From Octopus bimaculoides (taxonomy: Eukaryota): a stretch of 64,000 nucleotides of DNA. How positions within the stretch are numbered: position 1 is the stretch's first letter; the number at the start of each line of letters is the position of its first letter. The position numbers and the translations under genes were made by a program. The stretch lies in assembly GCF_001194135.2 (NCBI RefSeq), contig NC_068981.1, positions 125,518,422-125,582,421 of the forward strand, read 5' to 3'. This document shows positions 49,186 through 61,820 of the stretch, in pieces. Below the pieces are notes generated by a model. That model was not told the origin of the DNA. It saw only the letters and a list, made by a program, of their open reading frames with translations, and searched no databases.

Positions 49186-49400
49186 GTCTAACACTCGTGA
49201 ACATGCTTACCAAATCAAAAAACAACACAGCACCCATCGCTTGCAGAAACATTTTTTTTACACTCGGAATTGTTGAAGCATGGAAAAAACTATCCGCACC
49301 AGTTGTTAGTTGTCAGGACACTACATCCTTCAAAATGTCCATGCTTCCTGAAATTCACCAACAGTACATCCACTTTTTTTATAAATGACTCATTCACTGT
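49186..49400 (+). mobile_element. CR1-like LINE ORF2 3' end
   Basis: SNTREHAYQIKKQHSTHRLQKHFF/TLGIVEAWKKLSAPVVSCQDTTSFK matches the CR1 C-terminal TRGH..K...FF..R.V..WN.LP..VV....FK pattern. Confidence 0.75.
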
Positions 49401-50186
49401 TCATTTCCCCGTGCATTATTCTATGTACTATTCATACACTTTTGGCTACTTTTCTCAAGAATTGTAGTGCACCAGAGCACTGTACACAATAAGTTCGTTT
49501 ATTATCCCCATAACTCAACAGTTGAGCAAAAACAAAAAAGACAATTGAATAAGTACCAGACTTAAAATATAAGTACTTGGGTCAATTTGTTAGAGTAAAT
49601 CCTTCATGGTACTGCCCCAACATGGTGCAGTTCAATGACTGAAATAAGTAAAATATAAAAGATACAAGATAATATATGTATTCCCCTCAACTAAGATTAA
49701 CATAAAGCTTGGTCAAAAGTAATACACTAGTTTAGCAAATAATAAATTTAATTATTTATCTTCTGTTACATTACTGATCAATTTTAAATCTTAACAGAAC
49801 AGGAGGAGATACACTGAAGAGGTCACCAGATGACGAAAGATTTCAGACAAAGGTCAGTAAAATAAGAATGATAATAAAGCTGAAGTGAAGACCAAGTGCA
49901 TAGTGCATTGGTTAATTGGCAAAAACATAACCATCTCCAAATATATCAATATCTGTTTCAACAAAAGAAAAACTGTTTTCCCAAGCAGTAGGACTGAACC
50001 TGAAGCCATGTAGTTTGGAAATAAACTTCCAAGTCTCACAACTATGCCTGCATCTGTCCACCTTAGTAATTTTTTCCTTCAAGTTCCTCCAGCCATTATC
50101 TTCTTTATACATGTTGTGAAAATGCAGCTGGAAAATTATAATTAACTTTTGTGTAACACTAGCCCTACAAAAGGTTGAGTATAATC

Positions 50187-50917
50187 AGGGCTGGATTAGT
50201 GGGGTCCCTGAGCCAATACATTTTGGATGCCACTATGAATTTGCTAATTTAAAACATAAGATAATTGAGAGAGCCCTATCAAATCTAGAGGCCCCAATAC
50301 TTAAACAGGCCTCAGCTGGTTCAGAGAGAGTCAATTAAATTTAATGGCTTTTTAAATCTAAAAAGGTCCAATAAATCAAAAGAAGGCTCAATAATTTAAA
50401 AACAACCCTATTGAATTAATAGTATAAGCACAGGCATGGCTGTGTGGTAAGAAGCATGCTTCCCAACCACATGATTCCAGATTCAGTCTCACTAAATGAC
50501 ACTCTGGGCAAGTGTCTTCTACTGCAGCCTTGCATCAACTAAATCCTTGTGAGTGGATTTGGTAGACAGAAACTGAAAGAAGCCCATTATATATGTGTGT
50601 ATGTGTTTTATTGTGTCTGTGTTTGTCCCCCACCACCGCTTAACAACTGGTGTTGGTGTGTTTACATTCCTATAGCTTAGCAGTTCGACAAAAAAACTAA
50701 ATACTGGGTTCAATTCATTCAACTAAAATTTCTTCAAGGTGGTGCCCCAACATGGCCACAGTCTAATGACTGAAACAAGTAAAAGATAAATAAATAAAAA
50801 TTACAAATTATTTGTTTGCTTTTAGTGTATTTTTCTGTTTTTGACTCCAGAACTTATCTGAGTTAAAGGGGCCCCTCAGCCATGGCCCATATTGGCCCTT
50901 ATATAAATCTGACCCAG
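50187..50917. mobile_element. hAT MITE containing a SINE family 1 insertion
   Basis: Ends cagggctggatt / aatctgacccag; flanks agtataat / ggtataat (7/8 TSD match). Confidence 0.65.
50427..50790 (+). mobile_element. SINE family 1
   Basis: Complete head and tail. Confidence 0.9.
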
Positions 50918-51002
50918 GGTATAATCAATCTTATTGATCTCAGCATATCATTGGCCCTTACTTTATAACCATGAATAAAAAATCTAAAAGTTGTAAGTAA
51001 AA

Positions 51003-51378
51003 TGTTGTTGTTGGCACTCCGTCACTTACGACGTCGAGGGTTCCAGTTGATCTGATCAATGGAACAGCCTGCTCATGAAATTAATGTTCAAGTGGCTGAG
51101 CACTCCACAGACATGTATACCCTTAACGTAGTTCTCGGTGATATTCAGCATGACACAGTGTGACAAGGCTGGCCCTTTGAATTACAGGTACAACAGAAAC
51201 AGGCAGTAAGAGTGAGAGAAAGTTGTGGTGGAAGAGTACAGCAGGGTTCGCCACCATCCCCTGCCGGAGCCTCGAGAAGCTTTAGGTGTTTTCGCTCAAT
51301 AAACACTCACAACGCCCGGTCTGGGAATCGAAACCGCGAGTCCGCTGCCCTAACCACTGGGCCTTTGCGCCTCCACAA
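51003..51378 (-). mobile_element. tRNA-derived SINE family 3, young
   Basis: (TTG)n tail; head is the reverse complement of gtggaggcgcaaaggcccagtggttagggcagcggactcgcggtttcgattcccag (A and B boxes). Near-identical to 61453-61820. Confidence 0.9.
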
Positions 51379-51719
51379 GTAAAATGTAAGAGAGCATTTA
51401 ATCAGGGACTCTGCCTTTTCTCTCTCGAATTTTTCTTTTCTTTTTTTGTTTCTTCTCACTGCTTTTCTTGGGAAATGAATGAAACATAACATATTAAGAG
51501 GATGACAAAAGAAAAAAGATGACTGGATGAATTTAGACATGATTAAATATTGGAAGCATGAAAATATTTGCCTCGCAATTGCTACTAGGAAGACATGTCT
51601 GGAAAACCATTTTTGTTGTTATTTTTTTTGGTGGGGGGGTTATATTTTTATTTATCTTATTATTTTTGCAATATCCAGTGCAGGAATTCCTTACTAACTC
51701 CCTACACTACATTAAAGAG

Positions 51720-52175
51720 GGTGGTGGTGGTTGGATTTATGTAATATAATGGTAATGATGGTTCAGTGATGGCTATGACAATGATTCTGTGTTAGTTGGA
51801 CTGGTAGTAAATGATAATCATAATGATGATGATGATGATTGGCAATTTAGTGGAAGAAATGATGCTGATGATGATGACGACAACAGCGACAACAATAATG
51901 ATGATGTTGATTAGCAATAATAGTGGTATTAGCGATGATGATGATGATGATGGTTAACAATTAAAGTTGTACTAGCAATGATGATAAAGGCCATAACAGT
52001 GATGGGAGTGGTAGTGGTGGTGGTGGTGGTGGTAGTGGTGGTGCTGCTGCTGCTATTGATGATGATGATGATGATAATGGTTAGAGTAGTTATGAGGATG
52101 TTAGTGTTTCATTGATGATAATGTCTATGATGACTGAGTTGTTGCTGTTGTTGGGGTGGGGTGGATGCTTGGGAG

Positions 52176-52206
<31 letters not shown>

Positions 52207-52215
52207 GGTGGTGAC
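51720..52215. repeat. Low-complexity (GAT)/(GGT) trinucleotide tract
   Basis: Direct reading; similar tracts at 58350-58470 and 59830-59940. Confidence 0.85.
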
Positions 52216-54309
52216 GAAGAAAAGGAGGGAGATTTTTAAATATGTGTTAAATATGAAACACAGTAAACAAGGTTTATATTCTATGTAGCTAATTTTTATC
52301 ATGATTAAATTCTTTGATTCGCCAGACATGACATGAAGTGATGTAGTTGTTAGGAAGTATGTATTATAAACATATATGCAGCAGATACATTTTCCTTCAC
52401 CTCCTTAGACCTATAAATTAATGCTAAACTATGTCAGGTGCTGCATCAGAGGTGAAAGGTTGCATAGTTAAACAAACCATATTTGTGTTGCTTGTTCTAT
52501 TAGATAGAAATGAAAGAAGTTATTTGTGTCGTTGTTAAATATCATACACTTATTTTTGTAGTCTTTCTTCCGTTTGGCAGCAATCCAAGTTGTATTATCT
52601 TTCAAGATAAATTTTATGTCGTCTTATTATTCAGTACCAGAATTTAAAAAAAAACAAGAATCACACAGTAGTAAAGTCAGTTATAATCCTTCTAAAATAC
52701 ACACAGATGCAACTATGTTCCATTTGTTTTACTTTGTAGTAAATGGTTATTACACTCTAGGTATCAAAGTATGTATTCACCCATCCACTTCATGGTCAGT
52801 TTGACTCTATACCACTGAATTAAAACTAGAACTTTGGAAAACAGAAAACAAACAGAAAAAGATTATCTTCACACAAACCTCAGGCAAAATTTTGTAAACA
52901 TACATACCCAAGTTATACATTTTGAAAAACCTGCCTGTTTCCACTGTTTATAGAAATCTATAAAAAGATTTTTTTTTAAATTTAAGCTAAAACTTTTGAG
53001 AAATTACAAATATCATAAGCATGTTTATGTAGTCTTACTTATTACATTTTTTACTAGCATTTTACTATTTGTGGGATCAGATAATTCTACAAATATAAAT
53101 ATTTTCCCAAATTGTAAGAGTAGATTTTTCAAAGCTGATACCATCCATTTCAACTATTCAAATGAAAAGAAGATGTATTTCCAGCTGACTGCGATAGGAT
53201 AAGTTAACAATAATCAAATCCAATTTTGTTATAGGTTAACACCTTTTACTTGCAGTGTCTTATTATTCAATCATTAAAAAAAATCTCTGCTTTTTTCCTA
53301 CAAGGCCTAATTACAGTGAAAGAAAAGCAAAGAGACAAATTAAGAAATTATATCAGGAATGTATCTCAAGTGAATCCAGATACCAAGTATTTGGTAACTC
53401 AATACTGTTAAACAATTTTAGGAAAATGTAAGAGTACATTATCTGCTGCATCCTATCTTTATATAATGAGTATGGTGAAAGTTAAGGGAGGTTTGGCTGA
53501 TATTTCTAGTAGGTACAGTGGTCATATAGAGATTCTCTTGTTGGCTCATGAGTTTTAGGCTTCAGTGATGACCACAGCAAAGTCACATGGTCAGAGAGCA
53601 GCTGTTGTTTCTTTTATGCACTTAAGTCAAGTGAATCCTAGAACAATGTTTGAGTTGGAAACAAAGATATAATGACAATGATATCATTATCATCCTCAAT
53701 TTCTTATAATCACTTTATTTGCTGATAGGTTTAAGCAGGTGGTTATATAATGAAGTGAGATTACTTTTAGGAATTCCCCTTATATTCAGACCACAGTTCA
53801 TGCAGACTTCAATTTGTTCAGTCTGCATTTGCTCATTAAGTGTCACACAAGAAAAGAAGATGTTTTGATGTTTCAAAATAATTAGAAACTAAACACACCA
53901 AATTCAGTGACAGATAAAGTCCAGACATAAAACTTTATTAGCTTTTTATTCTTCAATAACAATTGGTAAGCAGCTTATATTGGAGTGTTCACAAATTATT
54001 TTCACACTTTGATTTATTAATTTCTTATGTGCATATATGACGGACAATTACTGTGGAGTCAAGCTGCTGGACTACTGACCACATAGTCATAAGGGAGGGG
54101 GTTGAACATACTACTTTCATTGTATAGTACTCTTGGCATCAGTTTTCCCCAAATGAACAAAAAGAGACACAGCTCTCTACTTCATGCCTGAGTGGTCAGA
54201 AGTAGGAAGGTCATCAATCCTCAGGAACAACTGCTCCACCAAACAAATTATTCTACATTTAAGGATCCAGAGAAACAGGTGATGGTTTGTGGTTGTGGTT
54301 TACTTTCAG

Positions 54310-55340
54310 TTTTACTTTTGCTTGTTTTAGTCACTGGACTGTAGCCATGCTGGGGCACCACCTTGAAGAGTTTTAGTCAAATGAATCAAACCCAGTACTT
54401 ATATTTTTAAGTCTGATATTTATGCTATCAGTCTCTATTGCCAAACCCCTAAGTTACAGAAACATAAACAAACTAATACTAGTTGTCAAATAGTGATGAC
54501 AAGCACAAAGACCTACATACATGTATATATATATATATACTCTTTTACTCTTTTACTTGTTTCAGTCATTTGACTGTGGGCATGCTGGAGCACTGCCTTA
54601 AGTCAAGCATATCAACCCCAGGACTTATTCTTTGTAAGCCTAGTACTTATTCTATCGGTCTTCTTTGCTGAACCGCTAAGTTACAGGGACGTAAACACAC
54701 CAGTATCGGTTGTCAAACACAGACACACAAACATATACACACACATACATATATACGACGGGCTTCTTTTAGTTTTCGTCTACCAAATCCACTCACAAGG
54801 CTTTGGTCAGCCCGAGGCTATAGTAGAAGACACTTGCCCAAGGTGCCACGCAGTGGGACTGAACTCGGAACCATGTGGTTGGTAAGCAAGCTACTTACCG
54901 CACAGCCACTCATGNNNNNNNNNNNNNNNNNNNNNNNNNNNNNNNNNNNNNNNNNNNNNNNNNNNNNNNNNNNNNNNNNNNNNNNNNNNNNNNNNNNNNN
55001 NNNNNNNNNNNNNNNNNNNNNNNNNNNNNNNNNNNNNNNNNNNNNNNNNNNNNNNNNNNNNNNNNNNNNNNNNNNNNNNNNNNNNNNNNNNNNNNNNNNN
55101 NNNNNNNNNNNNNNNNNNNNNNNNNNNNNNNNNNNNTATATATATATATATGTATGTATTATGTATGTATGCATGTTTACAATGGGCTTCCACACAGTTT
55201 CTTTCTGCTGAATTCACTCACAAGGAAATGGTTGACCCAGGCTATGGTAGCAGATACTTACCCAAGGTGCTACACAGTAGGACTGAACCTGGAACCATGT
55301 GGTAGCAACCTGACCCTCTTAAACACATAGCCATGCCTAT
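54310..55340 (-). mobile_element. Cluster of three minus-strand SINE family 1 copies (54310-54510, 54545-54913, 55180-55340)
   Basis: Repeated reverse-complement family-1 tails and heads around the 54915-55136 gap. Confidence 0.85.
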
Positions 55341-55539
55341 GTCAACAACAATTAGTCCACACCAGAATTTGTGAGTTTGCTTTGATAAGTTCAATTGCTG
55401 TAAGAAGTGTCTAATCTAATGTTTTGGGCACCTCTCTTCATCTGAGCATGAGGGACTGGTGCTGACACTTTGGTTGCAGACAATTAAAATTCTACATTTA
55501 GGTACAGATGAGAAAATGGGTGTAAATGAATGTAAAATT

Positions 55540-55699
55540 GTAGGTGCAGGCATGGTTGTGTCATAAGAATTTTGCTTTCCAACTGCTTGCTTTCAGGTTC
55601 AGTGCCACTGGCAAGTGTCTTCTATTATAGCCTTGAGCCAAGCAAAGCCATGTGAGTGAATTTGCTTGACTGAAACCAAAAGAAGCCCATTGTGTGTGT

Positions 55700-55738
<39 letters not shown>

Positions 55739-55925
55739 CCTGTGTTTGTGTTTTCCCCCAAACACTGCTTGAGAACCAGCATTGCTTTGTTCCCGTCCCT
55801 GCAACTTTAGTGGTTCAGTAAAAGAGGTTTTAAAAAAAAAAGTCCTGGGGTCGGTTTATTCAACTAAAAATCTATAAGTCAGTACTCCAGTATGGTTGCA
55901 GTCTATTAACTGAAACCTGAAACAA
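55540..55925 (+). mobile_element. SINE family 1
   Basis: Head, (GT)n and tail. Confidence 0.8.
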
Positions 55926-55962
55926 ATAAATGGGAAAAAAAGATTAAAAAAAGAATTTAAAG

Positions 55963-56489
55963 TAGTAGTTCTTAATCTGGGCGGTTGCACCTTTTGGCGG
56001 GCACTAAGAGCTAACAATGAGCAACACCTATCATGTGAGTGCTAGGGGATGCTAAGTGTTTAGAAGGTTGTGGGGGATCATAATTTTTCTTAGTTAAAGA
56101 ATATTTAAACCAGGTAAAATACTTATATTTTAAAACATTTTCAAACAAAATCTAAGTTGAGATTACAGTATGAGGAAGACATTATGTTATCAGTGTGCAG
56201 AAACACAACAGAAGATGTGTCAAGGTCCAGTATAACTTCATAATCAAAGTCCTCATCTTTGGTAATTTCCATAGAAATTTTGTATAGGCAAGATTCATTC
56301 ATAAAATATTTAAAAAGAGGCACATGCTGAATGGGGTGTTATAAGAAAAGATGGATAGTAAACCAATGTGCCAAGTTACATTCTATTGATTAAAATAATC
56401 ATTTTTTTTTTCAAAACAATTCAGGGAGGGGATTTGTAATAGCATTTGATAAAAGTGGGCACTAAAATACTAAAGGTTGAACACTACTG
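55963..56489. mobile_element. hAT MITE
   Basis: Ends tagtagttcttaatct / aggttgaacactactg; flanks atttaaag / atttagag (7/8 TSD match). Confidence 0.65.
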
Positions 56490-56601
56490 ATTTAGAGGCA
56501 TAAAGTAAATTTATGCAAACCAATGCTACAGTCAACAGGTTTTGTATATCTTATTGACCTCAGAAAGAGCAAAAATAGAAACAGTCTTGGGAGGAGTTTA
56601 A

Positions 56602-56821
56602 CCCTTTAGCATTTAAACTGACCATATCCAGCCCAAATATTCTACCTATTTTATGTTCAAATAGGCCAGAACTGGCCTTTCACACCTACCCTACAATATT
56701 ATTCTAAAAATAAACAATCAAATTATTGGAATCTCAGAGCTATAAGGTCATGTATGATCAACCTGAAACAATGTAAATAAATAAACATTAGACTTGACAG
56801 AATAATCTGAAGGCTAAAGAG
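56602..56821 (+). mobile_element. piggyBac-like MITE (TTAA family A)
   Basis: TTAA at 56598-56601 and 56822-56825; ccctttagcatt terminus. Confidence 0.85.
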
Positions 56822-57481
56822 TTAACCTGAAATTAAATGTGAAGTAACTAAATAATATTGACGATATTCTAAGACCATTAAATATTTTGCAGGCTTGGCT
56901 GTGTGATTGAGAAGTTTACTTTGCAATTACATTGTTTTAGCTTCAATTTCTCTGAAAATTGCCTTGGGAAAATGTTTCCTGCTATGACCTAGGGTTGACC
57001 AAGGCTGAAATTTGGTATTCGGGAATTGCTTAAAAATCCATAATCTGGTTTAACAATTTGGTCCTTGGGTGATTTTAGTGGAACCCTCTCTATTGCAAGC
57101 AGGCCTTTGATCTAAGGATAATTTCCCCCCCTTTTTCCCACCATTCTTGGAAGCCTTAAAAATAGTAATGGGCATTGCCCATCTGTTCTGAAAAAGCAAT
57201 TAAGATATAAACAGAAAAATAATAAAAGTAAACAATTCCACCTATGCCAGTATAGCAAAAAGTTCTTAAAAAGGAAGTGTTGGTTGTGATGATAACAACA
57301 ATGGCGATGATGATGACAGGGAGGAAGAGGAGGATTAGCCACAAAATAAGTTATTGAAGCAGAGAATCAGTGACCATAAGTGGTACATGCTTCACTGATC
57401 CTTACTTTCACAAAAAGAGGGAAGGATTTGAACCTAGTACTGAGAGAAGAATTGTCATTGATGTTTCTCTTTTTCTTCTAG

Positions 57482-57542
57482 ATAGGGGTGTTGTATTGGC
57501 CTGACACAAACTCATTTTTACCTCTAAGAAGTGTTGGCCCAT
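57482..57542 (+). CDS. Candidate 61-nt exon (IGVLYWPDTNSFLPLRSVGP), gene unknown
   Basis: Strong tttctctttttcttctAG acceptor and GTAAGT donor; one open frame. Confidence 0.35.
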
Positions 57543-59346
57543 GTAAGTGCAGCCTCTTTCCTTTGACCTGTCCAGTATGAGAGGCTCTGCCAGGATTTTG
57601 TATTCTGCTTTCGTAACACTCAGGATCATTGAGTAACACAAACTACCACACAACAACAAGGACTGGATTTTGTAGTGGAACCAATCTAAATATTTTGTGA
57701 TATTTTTGGTCGTGTCCTTATATGTTCTCGGTCCAAATCCTGCTGAGATCAGCTTTATTATTCATTCTTCAGGATTCAATAAAATAAAATATCATTTAAA
57801 TAGCAACCACTATGTTTGAAGCAGCTACTATCATTAAAGCTGTTGCATACCAACTCCAAATTAGTTGTTGTTTCATAAGGTATTTTTCATATCTCTAAAT
57901 TTACATTTGAGATCCAGTTGATTATTGCATCATCAGTATCATGAATTATTCCGTATTTCCTTGAATCAAAGTGGGGCATACTAGTGATTCATGATATCCT
58001 CCATATGTGACTTAACTGTTTTCTGCTATAGCCTGCTCTCAACCTGTTTGCATATGCTCCTTGCTTTCTGGTTGCTATAATAGAAACCAAGTAGTAGTTT
58101 AGTGGCTCCATAAACCAGTCCCCACTACTGGAAATACATGAAACAGATTTTTAATGACTATTCAATATGGACACACATTTATATGTAATATGTAAATGCT
58201 TACTAGTGCACACCACAATGCAATCTACCAACCACTAATCTAGTATTTGTTGAGCTGCAATGATAAGATGATGTATTACGATTAATACGGAAATGCTATA
58301 ATGTAGACCCATCCTACTATCAAACAACAAAAACAACAATGCCAATGATAGTGAATGTAATGATGACAGTTGGCGATTTGGGTGGTAGTGGTGGTGGTGT
58401 TGGGGTGGTGGTGGTGGGGGTGGCAGTAATGACAATGATGATGATAATCAAAATGAATTATTACAATTATAATCATTATTGTAGTCATTCTTAAGAATAG
58501 ATTAATGTTTATTTGATAATTGGCAGATGGAACATTAGCACTGTGCCCCACTTCATATGGTTAACCCATTGACAAGAAGTTTCAGAAGTTTCTGCAAATA
58601 AACTACAACTTAGATCCTGCTCCAGTATGAAGAATACATTTGTTGCCATGACAGTCTAAACCAATAAAGGACAAATTAACTTTCTGTCATGCTTCTTTCA
58701 TTTCATAGAATATAATACATGCGGTGTTGACAAATTATTATATAAAGATTTAAAATAGTCAGACATATGATTAAGTATTTATTAAATATCACAAATGAAA
58801 TCCTAAATTTGACTTCATTTATTACATACAACAAATATGAATGTACCAACGGCCACGAGAATAAAATAATAAGGCTATCATTAGAAATAATCCTACTGAT
58901 TGGTGCATTGCAAATATCTTCTGGAAATAGCACTTAATTTCTTTAATGTCAAGCAATATTCACTTCTGTAGATATTATCTAACATAATGATTTCTAACAT
59001 GGACACAAGGCCACATTTTCTGTAAGAAACAGCAGTTGATTAAACCTTCATAGCAATATTTTTTTAATGAAGTAGATTCTCAAATAGACTTTCTACCAAC
59101 CATATAGAATTTCTCTCAACACCTTTTCTGCATATGGAGCACAAAATTTTTTCAAGTGGTATCAGGATCCTGTCTTCCTTTCAACAAAAACTTTTGTTTT
59201 TGCTGAGTGTACTTTAAGTTTTTACTTCCATTTCTGGAATTTCTGCTCCAAATCTTCTAAAGATTCTGTTATAAAAGCTAAGTTACTAGCATGCAGGAGT
59301 TCCCAGAGATAATTGACCTTAAATTCTGCCGATAGAGCTGGCAGAG

Positions 59347-59528
59347 TTCTGCAAGCATTAATTATTAACCTTGCTTGACTAACATGAAATTTTGGATAGA
59401 TTTCCTGGTCCAGTGACTAAATTAGCAGCTGATAGAATTATGGATCAGTTTTAGCTGTTTTAATAGGATTTCTGTGGTGGGGAAAGGCCATCTCACTTAA
59501 TATTATTATGAAGTACCTTTGACTGAAA
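59347..59528 (+). repeat. Diverged duplicate of 60712-60890
   Basis: Shared 'aacatga.attt.ggatagatttcct.gtc.agtga.taaatta.cagctgatagaattatg.atcagtt.tagct...aagtacctttg'. Confidence 0.8.
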
Positions 59529-60444
59529 TACTGTAGGAATTTTCTAATTCCTAAATTCAATGATTATCTTTTACCTTAATTTAATGGGAGTAGAGTAATG
59601 GACAGTGATGGATACTTGCCTGCTTACTAAATAACTTCTGTAGTACTGGTTCCATGATAAAGTTCACCTAGGACTCTCTGTAAAGTGGTTAATGTTGGAG
59701 GTACATTCTGTCATTGGATTCATACCAAAATAAAAATGGACAAGTGTGATGAACTTCCTGTCCTGCAAGGTATCTAAGAAGGCAGAAACTGTGAATAAGC
59801 ACTGATTCAAACTGTGATGAAAAGCAGATATAGAATGATGATGATGATAGTAGTGATAGTGGTAGTGGTGGTGGTGGCAGTGAGGAGGAGGGAGAAGAAG
59901 AAGCGGGGGAAAGAGGAGGAGGGGGGGGAGAAGGAGGATTTTACCTAGGAAAATAACTAAGAATTTTAAAGGATTTAGTAAAATAACTACTTCAAATATT
60001 CAGCTATTTGCTGTGTTTACAAACCTTTAGACTTTCTGTCAGGCAGCCATTCTCAACTTTGTTTATCATAAGAACAGGTCAAGATCCTTACCAGTAATGT
60101 AAACACATTCTATCTTTCTCCTACTTGCAATAATGAAATTACTTGCAAATTCAAAGAATTTGATGGGAATTAGTAAATTGAGTAAATAATTAAGCTATTG
60201 CTTGGAACATAAAAATGCTTACATAAAATTATGAAGGAAAGTTTTAATTTAGATATGAGCCTGTTAGATGGAAAGGCTTCTATAACTAAACTAGAGACAG
60301 CCTCAAGCAGGCTGATATCAAAGGAATTAAAGCAAACCAGACATATTATATTGGCCACCACCAACCCTTTCCCCAGAATAACAAGAGGCAAAATCAACCC
60401 CAGTAAGATTTGAACTTTAAATATAAAGTGACATAACTAGATAT

Positions 60445-60660
60445 TGGTTTCAAATTTTGGCACAAGGCCAGCAATTTACAGGGAGGGGTTAAATTGATTA
60501 CATTGACCCCCAATATTCAACTGATATTTCTTTTATCAACCCTGAAAGAATGAAAGGCAAAGTTGACCTCAGTGGAATTTGAACTCAAAACGTAAAGACA
60601 AAACAAAATGCCACAAAGTATTTTGCTTGACGTGTTAACAATTTTGCCAGTTCACCACCT
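60445..60660 (-). mobile_element. SINE family 2
   Basis: Full body 'ggtttcaaattttggcacaaggccagc...ttgccagttcaccacc'. Confidence 0.85.
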
Positions 60661-60908
60661 TGACATAACTAAATATTGCAAGGCATTATTTTTAAACCAA
60701 TACTCTACTGATTCTGCAAACACCAATTTATTACTTTTGCTTGGTCAACATGAGATTTTTGATAGATTTCCTAGTCAAGTGATTAAATTAACAGCTGATA
60801 GAATTATGAATCAGTTATAGCTAAACTGATAGAAATTCTATAGAAAAAGCTTGTCTGGCTAAATGTCATTATAAAGTACCTTTGGTTGAAGTCAATGATT
60901 ATGTTTAA

Positions 60909-61114
60909 CCATTTAGCATTTAAACCAGCTGTATCTGGCTTAAATATTCTGCTTGTTTTATGTTCAAAGCAGCCACATCTACTCTACAATGTCATTCTAA
61001 AAATAGACAATCACTTCATTGAAACCTTGAAGCTACAAGATAATGCATGATTAAATCAAAGCAATCTGAATAAATAAGCATTACATTTGACAGAGTAATC
61101 TGAATGCTAAAGGG
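60909..61114 (+). mobile_element. piggyBac-like MITE (TTAA family A)
   Basis: TTAA at 60905-60908; ends ...gaatgctaaaggg-tttaa. Confidence 0.8.
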
Positions 61115-61452
61115 TTTAAATACTATTTCATTCAGTTCAGGCTCACTTAAATAGATGCTAAGTGGCTTTCATATTTGAGTGGTTTAAATTAGAGAGGTAT
61201 TCAACTGTAAAATACTTGCAATAATTAATATAAAATCATAAGTTTTCCAAAGAATCAAATCTCTCTTAGCATTGCCAAATGAATGAATAAAGAATTGTTT
61301 TAAAAATTGAAAATAATATGATAATTAAATAAGGAAGACATGAAGCTCATTGTTGCTTTTCATTGAGTTTAAGCATAATGCCTTAGACCAACTGATGATA
61401 TCAGCAATTCAAGCAGTTGTCCAAGGCACCATATCATTTTTGGAGGTATCTA

Positions 61453-61820
61453 TTGTTGTTGTTGGCACTCCGACGCTTACGACGTCGAGGGTTCCAGTTG
61501 ATCCGATCAACGGAACAGCCTGCTCGTGAAATTAACATGCAAGTGGCTGAGCACTCCACAGACATGTGTACCCTTAACGTAGTTCTCGGGGGTACTCAGC
61601 GTGACACAGTGTGACAAGGCTGGCCCTTTGAAATACAGGTACAACAGAAACAGGAAGAAAGAGTGAGAGAAAGTTGTGGTGAAAGAGTACAGCAGGGTTC
61701 GCCACCATCCCCTGCCGGAGCCTGGTGGAGCTTTAGGTGTTTTCGCTCAATAAACACTCACAACTCCTAGTCTGGGAATCGAAACCGCGATCCTATGACT
61801 GTGAGTCCACTGCCCTAACC
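61453..61820 (-). mobile_element. tRNA-derived SINE family 3, young
   Basis: Near-identical to 51003-51378. Confidence 0.9.

Larger units (their letters stand above)
48697..49665 (+). mobile_element. SINE family 1 split by CR1 3' fragment and hAT MITE
   Basis: Head 48697-48900 and tail 49505-49665. Confidence 0.7.

Noticed and set aside
51003-51378. SINE heads as functional tRNA genes (also 61453-61820 and family 1/2 heads)
   Set aside because: A/B boxes are present but there is no full cloverleaf or acceptor stem, and they are fused to repeat bodies and simple-repeat tails.
52561-54280. Several plus-strand open stretches (52574, 52996, 53730, 54200) as exons
   Set aside because: No consistent splice and phase chain and no recognisable domain; cannot be supported from sequence alone.
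7480-55330. Long ORF-track entries containing X runs or HT/YI/ER/CV repeats (e.g. 9598, 15003, 22133-22406, 43297-43680, 54818-55330)
   Set aside because: Produced by N-gaps and dinucleotide or tetranucleotide microsatellites; only the Tc1, mariner and L1/Tx1 portions are real coding remnants.
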